DNA from: Azolla caroliniana
Taxonomy: Eukaryota; Plantae; Polypodiophyta
DNA length: 64,000 nucleotides
Assembly (NCBI GenBank): GCA_043228905.1
Contig: JBHGNT010000010.1
Span: 1,054,001-1,118,000 of the forward strand
Direction of reading: 5' to 3'
In this document: piece by piece, positions 22,833 to 35,508 of the stretch
Layout of the letters: every line of letters starts with the position of its first letter
Position numbering within the stretch: position 1 is the first letter of the stretch
The notes under the pieces: model-generated
Database searches by the model: none
Told to the model about the DNA's origin: nothing
The model's input: the letters and a program-made list of their open reading frames with translations, nothing else
Translations under genes and position numbers: made by a program

Positions 22833-25800
22833 TCAATTCCATCTCTTGGCATTCTTCGAGATTTTCCCTTTTGCTTTGCTTGCTTGAAAAGCTTGTGATT
22901 TTTGCTTCTTCTGAAGTTCCTTTTCAGCCTGGAGAAGAAAATGCCAATGAATTTTCAAGCAAATCATGTATATGAACTTACTTTTTGAAGTTCACAATGC
23001 TGTCATTCTAACCTTAGACATCTTCGATTTCGCTTTCACAATCGGGGCCTTCGCATCAAGCTCTTTGTTCCTCTCTATCTCCATTTGTTGAGCTTCAAGG
23101 TTTTGCTCAAGGTAATACTAGCAAAGGTGTGAACAAATAAAAAAGTGTTCTTTTATTTTATTTGTTTCAGGGTTTGGACTAGTAGTTCAGACCCTTGCCA
23201 TCTAAAGAAAAAGTTGGGAGGACTTAAACTCCCTAGCCCATCCCCTACTGCCACAAATGGCAATCAACATATACACATACACATACACATGCATATATAA
23301 ATACACATTTTACAAATGTGTATGTACATATTTTATTTTCTTCATTCAATTTATTTATATATTTGTATTGTTTGTTTTTTCTTTTGGTTCGTATACTTGT
23401 AGAAAGAAAACTAGTTTTTCCAGGGAGAGCCTTACATTGTAGTCTCCTGCATAGTTTTGGAGCTTTCCATCCTTCACCTCCACCACTCGATTCACAATTT
23501 GCCTAAGAAAATATCGATCATGAGAAACTGCAATCACAGTACCTTTGTATTCCCGAATGGCTTCCTACAAGGATACACCAATTATATCGGCAACATTACA
23601 CGCAATATATCTTTCAATAGGCTTATCATAAAAGAAAGCACCTCAAGCATCTCTTTGGAGGGAATGTCCAAGTGATTTGTAGGCTCATCTAAAACAAGAA
23701 GAGTTGATGGAGTAACCATAAATTTGCAAAGAGCTAATCTTGCCTGTAAGAAAAAGCCACATGCATCCTCCCTTCAAAGAAAGCATTAAGACTTAAAACT
23801 GAAAATGGTATCTTCAATTTGGTAACCCAAAGTCAAGAAGATATAGCGAGTTTACATAAATCTGGTGTGTCTGGGTAATTCTTATATATTGATATGCCTT
23901 TAATACACATATAAATAATCACCTTTTCACCTCCACTTAACAATGCGACTTTCCTCTCGGCCATCTCGGCTTTAAAATTGCAGCGACCAAGTAATCCCTT
24001 GATATCATTCAGGTTCCAATCTTCAGCAGCCTCAATTATGGTTTGCAAAACTGTCTTTTCGAGATCGAGCACTTCAGCCTACAGAAATAAGCCATGCCCT
24101 CTTATTTATATATTTCATATTGATGTCATCATGTTATCTTTCTTCCTTCCAGTTATATACACTGCACCATTCTTTAGTAACAACACAGAGAGTGGTTCCC
24201 CAATTTCCAACCATAGGTAGACCCACACTTTCGGACCTCTGTTAAGCTCTAACACAACCCACGGTATGTTAGAAACACCAAGCATAGCCCACATTAGAGC
24301 CAAGTTCAGCACTGAGAAACAAACAAAATCCTCAGACCTAGACCAGAGAAAAGCATCTGTATGTACGACAGAAAGAATTAAGGATTCATCAAGCTTCTCT
24401 TGCAACATATATGTTGGAACATACAGAGCACCATTGCAGATAGTATAACTGGCACTGAAGTGGGAAGTTATAAACTATCTGTCCACCTTCTGAGGGTGAC
24501 CTAAAGCATAAGCTCACAAGATAACAGCAAACACAGGCTCAGGAACATAAGGTCATGGCAGATTTGGTGTCACTGCATCGGGTTCATGAGTGTGAAGGGA
24601 GCATGCGAAGAACAAGTAAACCAGGTTTCAAAAGGTCTTCATAATAACTGTAGGAATAGTCTGAAGAGACAGGACACTTAAACAAATAAGCCGAAAGAAG
24701 GTGATTGCTAAGAACTATGAAATGATACGAACCCCCACAATTTTGTGAGTTTCATATCAAAGTCAAGAGGGGCCACAAATATAGTTTTCAGACTAGAATT
24801 GAGGAAACGTTTTCAAAAACCTAGTCAACATCATGACAGAACCATTGTTGAAAGTGCCTAATGATGTCCTCTCCCTCTGGTAACATTTAAGCGGGGATGT
24901 CAGGCCACTGCCCAATCCCAGTAAATCCAAACCGAAAATTTATCATACAACAGTACCAGGAATCCACCTTCCAAGGATCACATGCCAAAACCTTTCCAAA
25001 TTATTCTAAAGCAATCCTGACAAGATATTTCCTTCTTGTGGGTGGATATCTTGTACATTACAATCATCCTACTAGAAATTGCAGTTTTCTCTTGCGGAAA
25101 AGCGTGTATAGAGAGTGATTCCTTGCATGAGACTCTCTACTTGCGAGATAACAAACATACAATTCATGACACATATGATCAGCTCTTATAGGTGAGCTGT
25201 GGCCTGATGCTATAAAAGATTTCAAATGGTATCACAACCTTAGGTTCATAGTTAAATTCTTTCATAGAACAGGTTATCTTCTAACAATTTCACTATTGTA
25301 GCCCATGAACAGCAGAACATCAATGAATTAGAATGACCCTGGTGCATGCTCAAACAATGGTCCATTGAAAATATTAGAAATCCTGTATTGATCTTACGGT
25401 CTCCATTTGTCATTTATTACTTGTACTGTTAAACTCTATAGAAAACAGCCATAATGTTTTCTTTACCAAAAAAGAGCTTATAATAGCTGCTGAGAAAAGG
25501 GACCATACCTGGTTCTGCTCAAAATAATTTGGGATGACACGGTGTTCACCAAGTTGTACTTCCCCACTAGATGGAACCTCCATTTTCATCAATAACCTTA
25601 GCAGTGTGCTTTTGCCACACCCATTAGGTCCAATAATAGCAATTTTCTCACCTCTCTCAATAAGAAGATCAGCCCCATCAAACAATGTCTGCCATCCAAA
25701 CCAGAATAAGACACAAAAACATGAACAAAACACCAAAACAGAGAACTAATTTGATCTCATCACTACTTACTGTCCCATCATACTCCATGTACAACTTTTT

Positions 25801-28800
25801 TATTTCAGCAACGATAAGACCACTGCGCTCCATCTCAGGAAACCGAAACCTAATCGATTTATGCTCAAAAGGTTTGTCAACCTGACCCTCATTTTGAATC
25901 TTCTCCAATTGCTGGAAATAAATGTAGCAAAGGAATGTATTAGATGAGTACTTTGAAGAGAAAAGTTAACAAATGTCCCCATTCAGGCATTTACACATCA
26001 CTCAAACTGATTATTCAAAGGCATGTCTCGATCCTTTAACTAGAAGAGGAAAAGAATCTCTAATTTTCAAATAGATCTTAAAATAACTTAGTACAGAAAA
26101 ATAATAGTTCTATGGAACCTTTCCGGCCGTAGTTGCGCGTCCAGAATTTGCCCCACCACTAAGGCGTTGGATGATGTCTTTTGTTCTTGAAATTTCCTTC
26201 TGTTGTTTCTCCCAGGCCATTCTTTGTGCTTCAGCTCGTTCTGCCTTTGCTTGCACAAATGCACTATAGTTCCCTTCATATGTTTGTGATACACCAAGAT
26301 CTGTTTCAACTATCTTAGTGCAGAGCTGATCCAAGAAAGCTCGATCATGTGAAACGATTACCATTGGCACATCCTGCCCCTTAAGATAACCTTCAAGCCA
26401 TTCAATCGTTGCAAGGTCCAAGTGATTTGTGGGTTCATCCAATAGTAGTAGATCTGGATCCTATACATCAAATTTAAACAGGACTTGAGTAAGTACAAAT
26501 TCTCTTGTACAGTGAAACTGGGAACTGATCAGTAAATATGTTATACAGTCCTAGGAATGCATAAAGATATGCATATTATTATTCATTCATTATCAGACCT
26601 GTAGTAAAATCTTGCCAAGAGACATCCTCATTTGCCATCCACCACTGAATGATGCCACCAGTCTATCGGCATCTTCTTGTGAGAAACCCAACTCAGGCAT
26701 CATTTTATTTATTTTGAAATCAACATCATACAAGTCTACTTGTTGTGCTTTCTTCTGAAGTTCATCAAGCTCATCTAGAAGACTTCCCATGACTTTCATG
26801 TCCTCTACTGATGATTCTAGCGCTATTTGCACTTCTTCCATCCTTCGAGAGACCTTCATCTGCTCTTCAAATGCACTCATAAACTCCTCTCTTACCGTTC
26901 GACTTGGTACAACTTCAAATTCTTGAGTAAGAAAGGCAATCTTCATATTCTCTTTAGCTTTAATGATATTGCCACCGTCAGCCTCTTCTTCACCTGCAAT
27001 CATTTTCAATTGCGTGGTCTTACCTGCTCCATTTACACCCACAAGACCCACCCTCTCTCCTTTCTTCACATCCCAACTCACATCTTTGAGGACAGTCACA
27101 CCTTTGAAAGTCTTGGTTATGTTCTCTAACTTAATACCAGAGGATACACTGGAGGCACCTTTGAAGCTTCTTTTTGAAACCCTTTCTTGATTGCTATCTG
27201 TATAAACAAAACCCAAGATTTGTAAGAAAAAGTGAGACATGCATAACGCAAAAAGAACATCAGTGAAAGGCAACATCCTTTTGAGAGAATGAATAATCAT
27301 TCTAAACCAGCTTCTACAGTATTATGTGGAATTCATCTACTCAGCCTTGTCCACGTCAAGTTTGTGCTTGTAATAATGTATATGCAGACTTAAAAATCAG
27401 CTACATCATGGATCTATTTCCATGTTTCAGCCCTAACAATCAAGGCAAGATTTAAAAGAGCTGCTAAACCACACAAAAGAGAAGGTGAACAATTTGGATG
27501 AATACATCAAGGTCAAATTTCAATGTTGATTCTCAAACGTTGCAAGTGAATCGATTGGATCAATATGTCAAAGCTAACATTGACAAATCAAACATAAAAT
27601 ATTCATAAAATACAAAAAAAGCAGTAATCAAGTGGACCCTCTACCCAAACTCATTGTGCAAGACTTCATTGCAAAGGTGGAAGAAATAAACATGCAAAAA
27701 TAATGATGAATGGGAAATTCAGGAAAGTAGAAGTCTTGGAGGATGAAAAGATGGGGAATGACACCTATCATACTGATTATTAAGAACTCCTAGGAAAGGC
27801 CTGTCATGAAATCCCGTCCATTGACAAAGGAGGTTCCATGTTAACAATAAAGCTACTTTGAAACAAGGTGAAGGTCTATGAAGCCAAAAAAACCAGAGAA
27901 GAGTGTGATGCATCATCACAGCATGCCCATTATCGAAGAATTTCGGATATCTCAAGGTAACAAATGTTGATTTTGAATGATGGAAATGCACACCCTGGCT
28001 ATTGCATCCTCAGAGTGATTAGCTCTAGTGACTCTCACCATACTTGTCTTAACCTGTGGACCTAGACTCAAATCCTGCTTTACTAGAATTCCACGCAGGC
28101 TACAGGGGGGGTTTAAATGAATAACCTTGTAGTCTCCATTGGAGAACCTTACAGACTGAGCTACAGCCTACTGGTAACCCCTATTTTTATTAACCTGTAC
28201 ACTTCAGATGTACACCCTGGCTATTGCATCCTCAGAGTGATTAGCTCTAGTGACTCTCACCATAATTGTCTTAACCTGTAGACCCTGACTCAAATCCTGC
28301 TTTATTCGAATTACATGCAGGCTACAGAGGGGGTTTAAATGAATAACCTTGTAGTCTCCATTGGAGAACCTTACACACTGAGCTACAGCCTACTGGTAAC
28401 CCCTATTTTTATTAACCTGTACACTTCAAATCTCACTAATCTCTTTAAATTGCTAGATGACCTTCCAGGATGTAGGGTTGAGCTCATTCTTAGCACAACC
28501 CATGATATGTCCTCTAACAAGCATTGCAATCAAGTATTAGCACAACCTGCAATATGTCCTCTACCAGAAATCAACAATCAGGTATCAGCACAACCGACAA
28601 TATGTCCTCACAATCAAGTATTGACACAATCCTCTCCTCTTTTTTTTGTATTTGGGCCAAACCATAGTGGCAAGCCATTTGTTTACTGGTCTATACACTT
28701 GGATTCAAATCTCTCTAATAACACTACTTTACTAAAGGACACTGCAGAATCTAGGGGATTGACATACCATCTTCTGGTTTCCGAACCTGCGCTGGCAATT

Positions 28801-31285
28801 AGCCATTCGTACGCAAGTTGCAAGTTGTTTTTCATAACTCCTTCTTAATTTACCCAAAATCATTGTCATTGCTTCCCACTTAATGTCATCACAAAAATTG
28901 ATTGTAAAAATTAAAATTATTTCAATTAGTGGCCTAAGGCTACCCCTTGAAATGAAATGAAAGTGCCACCTCTCTTCATTAAAGAAGCAAAAATGGTATG
29001 CTGACTGGGTAAAATAATGGCAACATATTGAAGTGAAAACCCTGGCACAATGGTCCAAATTTACCCTGAAATTATTCTCTTTCATCTTAAGCAGCCAAAC
29101 ATTTAGCCATGCCTCACTTACAAACTTGGAGCTATTGAATCTATGAGTTCCTTCACAGGTTCAATACTTAGGCATCCACATCCACAACAACCATGATTGG
29201 GGCACATGCATAAAACAATGTTTGGAAATATGAGCAAACTACTATATTTTTTTATCTAGATGCAATCTCATTATCCTTCAGAGATGACATACAAAGTAAT
29301 CCAAGTCTTGATATGTGGGGTGGTGGCTTGAGTACGAAGTACCCCCCTCCTAGATGGAAAGACAATGCAAAGGTACAAACGATTTTCTTATGCCATCACC
29401 ATGGGCTCAAGGCAACCATGTCATATTCAGTGATGCTGCTTGAAATGGGGGTGAGACTCATCACACTTGAGGGTCTAATGAGAGTTCACAACATGGAAAA
29501 AGTAAAGAATGTGGAGGCATACTGCCTACCAATACAAGTTTTGGATGATAGCATCAAAATTGCTAAAGACACATAAGAGAAAAAAATTCTAATCTAGTTG
29601 GGCAGTGGGGACATGTTACGGGCATGACCATATAATATCCCGTGGTGAGAATTTACCGTAGTATTCTATAAACATGGATAAGTGTGAGGGTTAAACGAGA
29701 GTGTAAAGAAGGGGAGGATTACATTTAATCCTCGGGATTGAGACAACCCATTAGGCCAAGTGTGAACTTGCCTAGGGGCCTTGGGTATCGCTATAAATAT
29801 GATGCCTAGCTACCCTCATTTCATCATCTTTTGACTACGTCAAGACTCTGACGTTGTGGTGAGTCAACTCCTGTAGCGAGCGCGCCAGCACCAGGTACGA
29901 CTCGACGCCACGGCAGTGGTATGGGACACCGATCGTAGCTCAAGTCCATCTCGATCCCTTCGCTCGGGGGTGGTCGGGTGGATCGGCACCCTTCTTTCTC
30001 TCTCTCCTTTCTACCTATCTATCTTTTATCCTTATCATATACTTACTTTAGATCATAACTCTAACAAGACATAACGCACACATATATAATTTAAAATATA
30101 GAATGTGGCAACACACAAAAAAGCCTACTAGTTAAAAACTATTTCCATGTTGTTGAAACAACAGCGGGAAATGACAGGTGGGAAGTATTCTGACCAACAG
30201 ACACGTGAAAGCCATGGGAGTTCAATTATTTCTTCTCTATTGATCCTTGTCCTCAGGAGGAACAGAAATGCAACTACAATCATAAGAATTTTCGAAAAGC
30301 TACAGAAACAAAGTGGATGCTACCCTATTGAGGTCTATTGGAGTTACTAACTCCTTAAAGTTTATTTTTCCAAATTGAATATCAAATAAACTGGACTTCG
30401 CATAGGTGACTACTTGTGATGCCTACCAACAATATGTTCTTGACAGGCATGGAATCATGCCTTATAGATGCACTCACAACGAAGTGGAATGCGGATGCCA
30501 AGAATAGGACATTGAAGTAATATTACAGTAACATAAAACCAGCATGTTGAAGCACCCACAAGGAAATGACAGGACTCAACCAGTCATATCTTCTGACCCC
30601 ACACCATTGAATATGAGAAGGGAAATCACCATCCTTAGCGCCCATAGTCATGATCTTCGAGATAAGAATGGAGATTGAAGAGAAGTAGCTAGGGCAATCA
30701 GCATCCGCACACTCTTCATTAGACAGGAGAGTGGAGATGTGGGCCATCTCTAACTATGATGTGAAGCATTCATGGCCATCCAACAATGCTTCCCACCATC
30801 AATTACTGTATGCACTAACCTCACAGAACTTCTCCAAGTCAGACACACCAACCTTTGTCACTTAGACAAATAGTAGAGTGACCTTAAGGAAATACAGGAG
30901 CCACACATGGCTACAACTTCTGCAACAGCAGCAAAGGAGATTCTTGCATCGGTCAAATAACCATTACCAATTAACTATTCTCTCTCTTTCTCTCTCTCTC
31001 TCTCACACACACAAACAAACAAACAAACAATAAGCATGGTTCCTCACCTGTAGAGATGGTGTTATCAACTTGGGTGTCTATAGCTACGGCAAAAGCCCGA
31101 GTCCATCTACTTCTGCCCGGGTTTTGTTCATGTCCTTTGAGACGAACCCCTGTAACATCGCCATGGAATGCAGAAACCCACAACAGCTGCTTCACTGACA
31201 GGTGCTTTAAACCCCTTCTCTCGTGTGTACAGAGCCGATGACCTTGTATAGCTGAAGAAGAAAAGCTCAGAAGAGCCATATCCAT
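22833..31285 (-). CDS. ABCF5: ABC-F family ATPase, plastid-type (Arabidopsis ABCF5-like). Exons: 31285-31048, 27197-26599, 26460-26119, 25911-25771, 25688-25509, 24078-23923, 23743-23642, 23564-23436, 23117-23013, 22928-22833
   Basis: Two ABC cassettes ([32 protein letters not shown]; [23 protein letters not shown]), C-terminus KRWN*, GT-AG introns and a transit-peptide-like first exon. A small extra exon in intron 1 cannot be excluded. Confidence 0.93.
27990..28428. repeat. Tandem duplication with a 222-bp period in ABCF intron 1
   Basis: ACACCCTGGCTATTGCATCC...TAACCTGTACACTTCA starts at 27990 and again at 28212 with few mismatches. Confidence 0.93.
29614..30066 (+). mobile_element. Solo LTR (453 bp) in ABCF intron 1
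   Basis: TGTTA...TAACA termini, TATA box (CTATAAATA), near-TSD GGACA/AGACA, and a homolog at 21792-22243. Confidence 0.85.
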
Positions 31286-31899
31286 TTGGAGGATTCAAGC
31301 TCAACTTACTGCTTCTGAAAGGTTTCCTTGTTTCCCCCTGTCTGTCTGTCTGTGTGCTGAAAGCTTTGTCAATTTCTTCTACGTCTTTCTTCTGATTCTT
31401 ATTGTTTCATGGCTATGGAAGTCGCGCAGACAATCAGTCTGGCTCTCTCCCAGCCACAAGTAAATGTGAGACTTTCTTCTGTGTTCTTCAGAGGAGAGAA
31501 GAAAATATCCATTTAATAAATTGCAAGATTGCCCTTTTGCCTAGCAGTTTCTACATATTCCAGAAGTACCCCTTAGATCAAACTACAAGAGGAATGAATA
31601 TCTAGAAGGCTGAGACAGATTGATAGATATCCTTTTTAACGTCCATGGTAGATCAATCGTGAACTTCAGTCTGTCACTTTGATGCTATGACGTAAACTAC
31701 AAAGCCAACAACCGACGAAAGAGAGACTCCAAGCATGCCATGGGAGAACCACTTTATGTTTTTGGGGATCCTTGCGAGAAAACATTATGAAAGCTATCCC
31801 AAATGTAGGAATTGCTTGTTTATAGGCTCGAGCTTGAAGATTAACATGCATGAATCGGTTCTCGTCTCATGTATAGAGAGAAATTTGGAGGATCTTGGT

Positions 31900-33900
31900 T
31901 GGACATGGGTGGTAGTATGACATTATATGATTTGTCGTCATTTAGGATGTCCTACATGGTTGGGGTGTGTCTAATGTGAGAATCCTACATTGGAAATCTA
32001 CTCAATTTGTAGAAAATAGCATGGCTAGTTGTTTCATGTTTCAACTAAAGGTGGTCCAATGAATCATGATTCCTATGATATCATATTATTTACCATGGTA
32101 AAAAAAGGCTATCGAGAAAGCTAGCAACCTCAACAAGGTTCATGTTACTCCCTCCTGGAGAACACCTTTGATTACTCCTCTTGGGTAATCGGGTCAAGGA
32201 ATCGTGGTGCGTAGAGACTTGTGCCCTGAGCCAATCATATCATTCTTGATAAGAGGAATTACACTCTACAAGATCGACTACAACCGATTCGCAATACGAC
32301 TTACACAGACCGAACATAATTATATAAGTTAGATCAATGGAGACAGACACAGTGCTTGCCCACAAAGTATATAGATATCCGATTAAAATAGAATGCGATA
32401 AAATTATCGAGTATAATTGGTACAACACTCACTCACTCACTCACTTCCTAGTCTAAGTTAGTGTTCTGAGAGTTCTTAATCTCTCTTCTAGTCTTATGAT
32501 CTCCCTGGTCTCTCCTATGATTTTCCGATCCCCTCTGAGTTCGTTATTTCCTTGATTATATAGCCTTCCCTTGGCTTGGCTCTTTTCCAACTACTCCCTC
32601 CTTAGATATTCGGATTCTACCTTCGGCTGTTTGTATTCGGCTTCTTTTGGCCTTTTCACATTTGTCCCTCAGTCCTTTTCATGCTTGTCCTTCGTGATCC
32701 CTTCACACTTTGTCCCTTTTGTCCCACCGGGTAATAGTTCACATTATGGAAGAGGAAAAGAAAGAGTGTGCCTTAGTTGGGTGGCATGGAATCGTATTTT
32801 AACTCTAAAAAGATTCGATGGGCGGCAATGTTAAATCCACTTAAACATATGGTGGCTCAAGATTCTCCTTTCTTAAGAAAATGTCGCTTAATTTATTGGA
32901 AAGGAAGGTAATAGGCATGGAAAGACAAAGATTGTAGTTTCTTAGTGGCATGTGGCACCTAGTGATAAACAAAAAAAATGTGCAAGGTCATTGATAACTC
33001 AACATTTATTGGACTCTCAATTGTGTGCCTTGGGTTTTTTATTGTCGCATCCATCATGTGAAAAGGGAAAATACAAATTATTTGCAATTGGAGGATTTGA
33101 CAACATCTCATATTTTGGGATGGGAGGATATGAACTTTCATTTACCCTAGTTTAATAGTGTGACGTGCTTGGGTTTGGTTAATGCGTGCGATGCCATGTT
33201 ATGAACCCATAGAAAAATTATGGTTTTCTAAACAACTAGGAGAAGGCTTCATACTCTAGAAATTACCCAAGCTATATATCTAATTGCAAGAAATGCCAAC
33301 TTTGGAATATCCAATTCTAGATTTGGCAATCTTGTTTTCCTTTCAATGCTAAGATGTTTATTTGGAAGGTATCAGTGGATGGATTACCTCTAGGGGTTGC
33401 TTTGCAAAGATGAAGTATTTCTTTTGAAGTGTGTTTGTTTTGCAAAATTTCAATTTATCTCTAGGAAGTTGGAACATAATAGACATCAATTTATTAGTTG
33501 TCTAGTGGTAAGGGCTATTTGAAATTTTATATCTATATTGTGGGCTTCTATGAGTGGATTGTTGAAATCCTTGTTTCGATGGGTGTTTGGCCATGTGCAA
33601 TAGAAAATGCCTTATCCACATATTGAGGTAGAGATATAATCGGCGTATGTAGAACACCTTTGTTTTTAATGCTCAATACGAAGACAAGCTTAACAATAAA
33701 AAGGCAATTTGGATGGCAATTTTCCTTATTGGAAACTTTAGAGATGTTGTCATAAGAGGAATTAGGCCTTTTTAGGTTGGCATGACATCATATCCATCAT
33801 TTGCATGGGTCTTTATCACATAGGGCTAGGTATGCCCATACCTATATATCTAGAGAAAGGTATGGTTTGGGAACCCTCATAGTTTTTTTGGCGAAGGATA
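31900..33900 (+). mobile_element. Highly degenerate LINE 3' remnant (zf-RVT-like region), interrupted by a solo LTR; limits approximate
   Basis: Broken WK...GLPLG...C.FC...E...H pattern around 33350-33500; no intact ORF. Confidence 0.45.
32143..32736 (-). mobile_element. Solo LTR (594 bp)
   Basis: TGTTAC...GTAATA ends (terminal CA mutated to TA) flanked by a perfect 5-bp TSD GTTCA. Orientation is tentative. Confidence 0.75.
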
Positions 33901-35409
33901 TCATTATCCATCCATTGTAATTGAACTTCGTAATTAAAATATTACTATTTATGGGAAACAAACATCTTGCAAAGGAGATTGAGATTTGTCATTAGTTGTA
34001 CCATTCCCCTTTCTAGAGTAGTTATTTATTGGGCTATCATTTGCTTGCCTTACCGAGCAACAAAATATCATGGTGTTGTATGCAACCTCATAGAGAGGGT
34101 ACTTAAGCAAGCATATTCATGCATGCCATTAACGTGTTCCTATACAATCAAACACTATTGCATAATTGTTTGAGGATAACTCTTGACTTATTGTCAAGCA
34201 TGCTTGTTGGATTTGTGGAGTTTTGTTTTTGTTCACGACTCATGGGCACGAGGTAGAAAGCGTGTACGTTGATGGTAAGTATCTTTGACTTAACAGAAAC
34301 ACATGAAATGCTATATGAATGGTTTTGAAAGGCCGACGTGGCATTGACATTAATGGAAGGGTATCTAAACATATTCAAAAGGCCAAAGAAGGTACTTATA
34401 CAATGGCATATATTAAATCCATACATTAATTCAATAGATCACATTTAGTAAAAAGAAGGGAAACTTTTGAGATTTGGAATAGGCTACACAAGTCAACATA
34501 AACATTGCCAACCATCAAGGTTACACACTTGAGTAAAACCTTTTTGGAGCTCCTTAGGGACTAATTCACTATTTGGAGATTGAATGGACATAGAAACCTT
34601 ACAATTGGTAGTCTATCATACTTTTCTCAGGATTTATCGTTATTCATCCCAAGATTAGTGAGTGAAGGAGAGGCGTTTAAACATATATATTAGTTTTATG
34701 AGAAATAAACACTCAAGATTGGGCCATAGTCGAGTTGATTGTGTCGATGGTGAGGTTGTGACTTAATAATTGATGCAACATATAGTTTATGAACACAATA
34801 GATGGTGTAACAAAATATGTGCGAAAGTCGTGAATGGAAAAAAAGTCCTCATGTTGGTGTGAGTCAGTTACCTAAGACTTAAAATTAAATATAGAAGGGG
34901 ATTAATGCTACGACAGAGGACAAGCCTCACAACATGCTATGCCTATTTATTTGCATTGTCATTGCCATTGTTCTTGTTCTTATTCTTTAACTTCACCACA
35001 CCAATGAGTGTGAGGATCATGACAATTGGTATCAACAAGTTTGTCACTTGGATTAATTGTTGCATATTGAGAGGGCATGGAGAACCAGTACATTCCATAA
35101 TGGCATCAATAAATGGTGCAAATAGCATGTAGAACAATAAGCGAAAAACGTCGAAAACATCCTTAGGATTCTCCATTGGGCCATCCCTACTACCAAGTAG
35201 GGGCATTTGTGGAGATAAATGAGAACATGTAATTCATCAAGGTTTTGCACTTCTCCCTAATCCCTTAATTGAAGTGCAACTTGAAGAGACCGGTTATCAC
35301 ACATTTTGTTTGTGCATGAACAACGTAACGTGATTATATTAGAAAATGAAACGATGCATGTCAATGCCAAGATTGTCAGAGAGCTACACAGATAGGCTTC
35401 TTTAATCAG

Positions 35410-35508
35410 GAAAGCGCGCGTGCAAATGGACCGTCATTTGCGTGATTAAGAACCTTATTATTGCATGGGCTCAATAACATGTAGGATCGATTACGTTTTT
35501 ACGTAGTG
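35410..35508. mobile_element. Possible CACTA element terminus
   Basis: Ends in GTAGTG (reverse complement CACTAC), preceded by the inverted motif GCAAATG...CATTTGC. Confidence 0.35.

Noticed and set aside
24170-25250. Possible LINE ORF1 relic in ABCF intron 5
   Set aside because: The motifs are too degraded to support a call without a homology search.
28339-28848. 169-aa ORF antisense within ABCF intron 1
   Set aside because: It starts inside a tandem duplication, spans short repeats and has no domain signature.
4183-35508. Giant CACTA element enclosing the three host genes
   Set aside because: The ends match only over CACTAC and the 3-bp flanks differ (TGT vs TTG).
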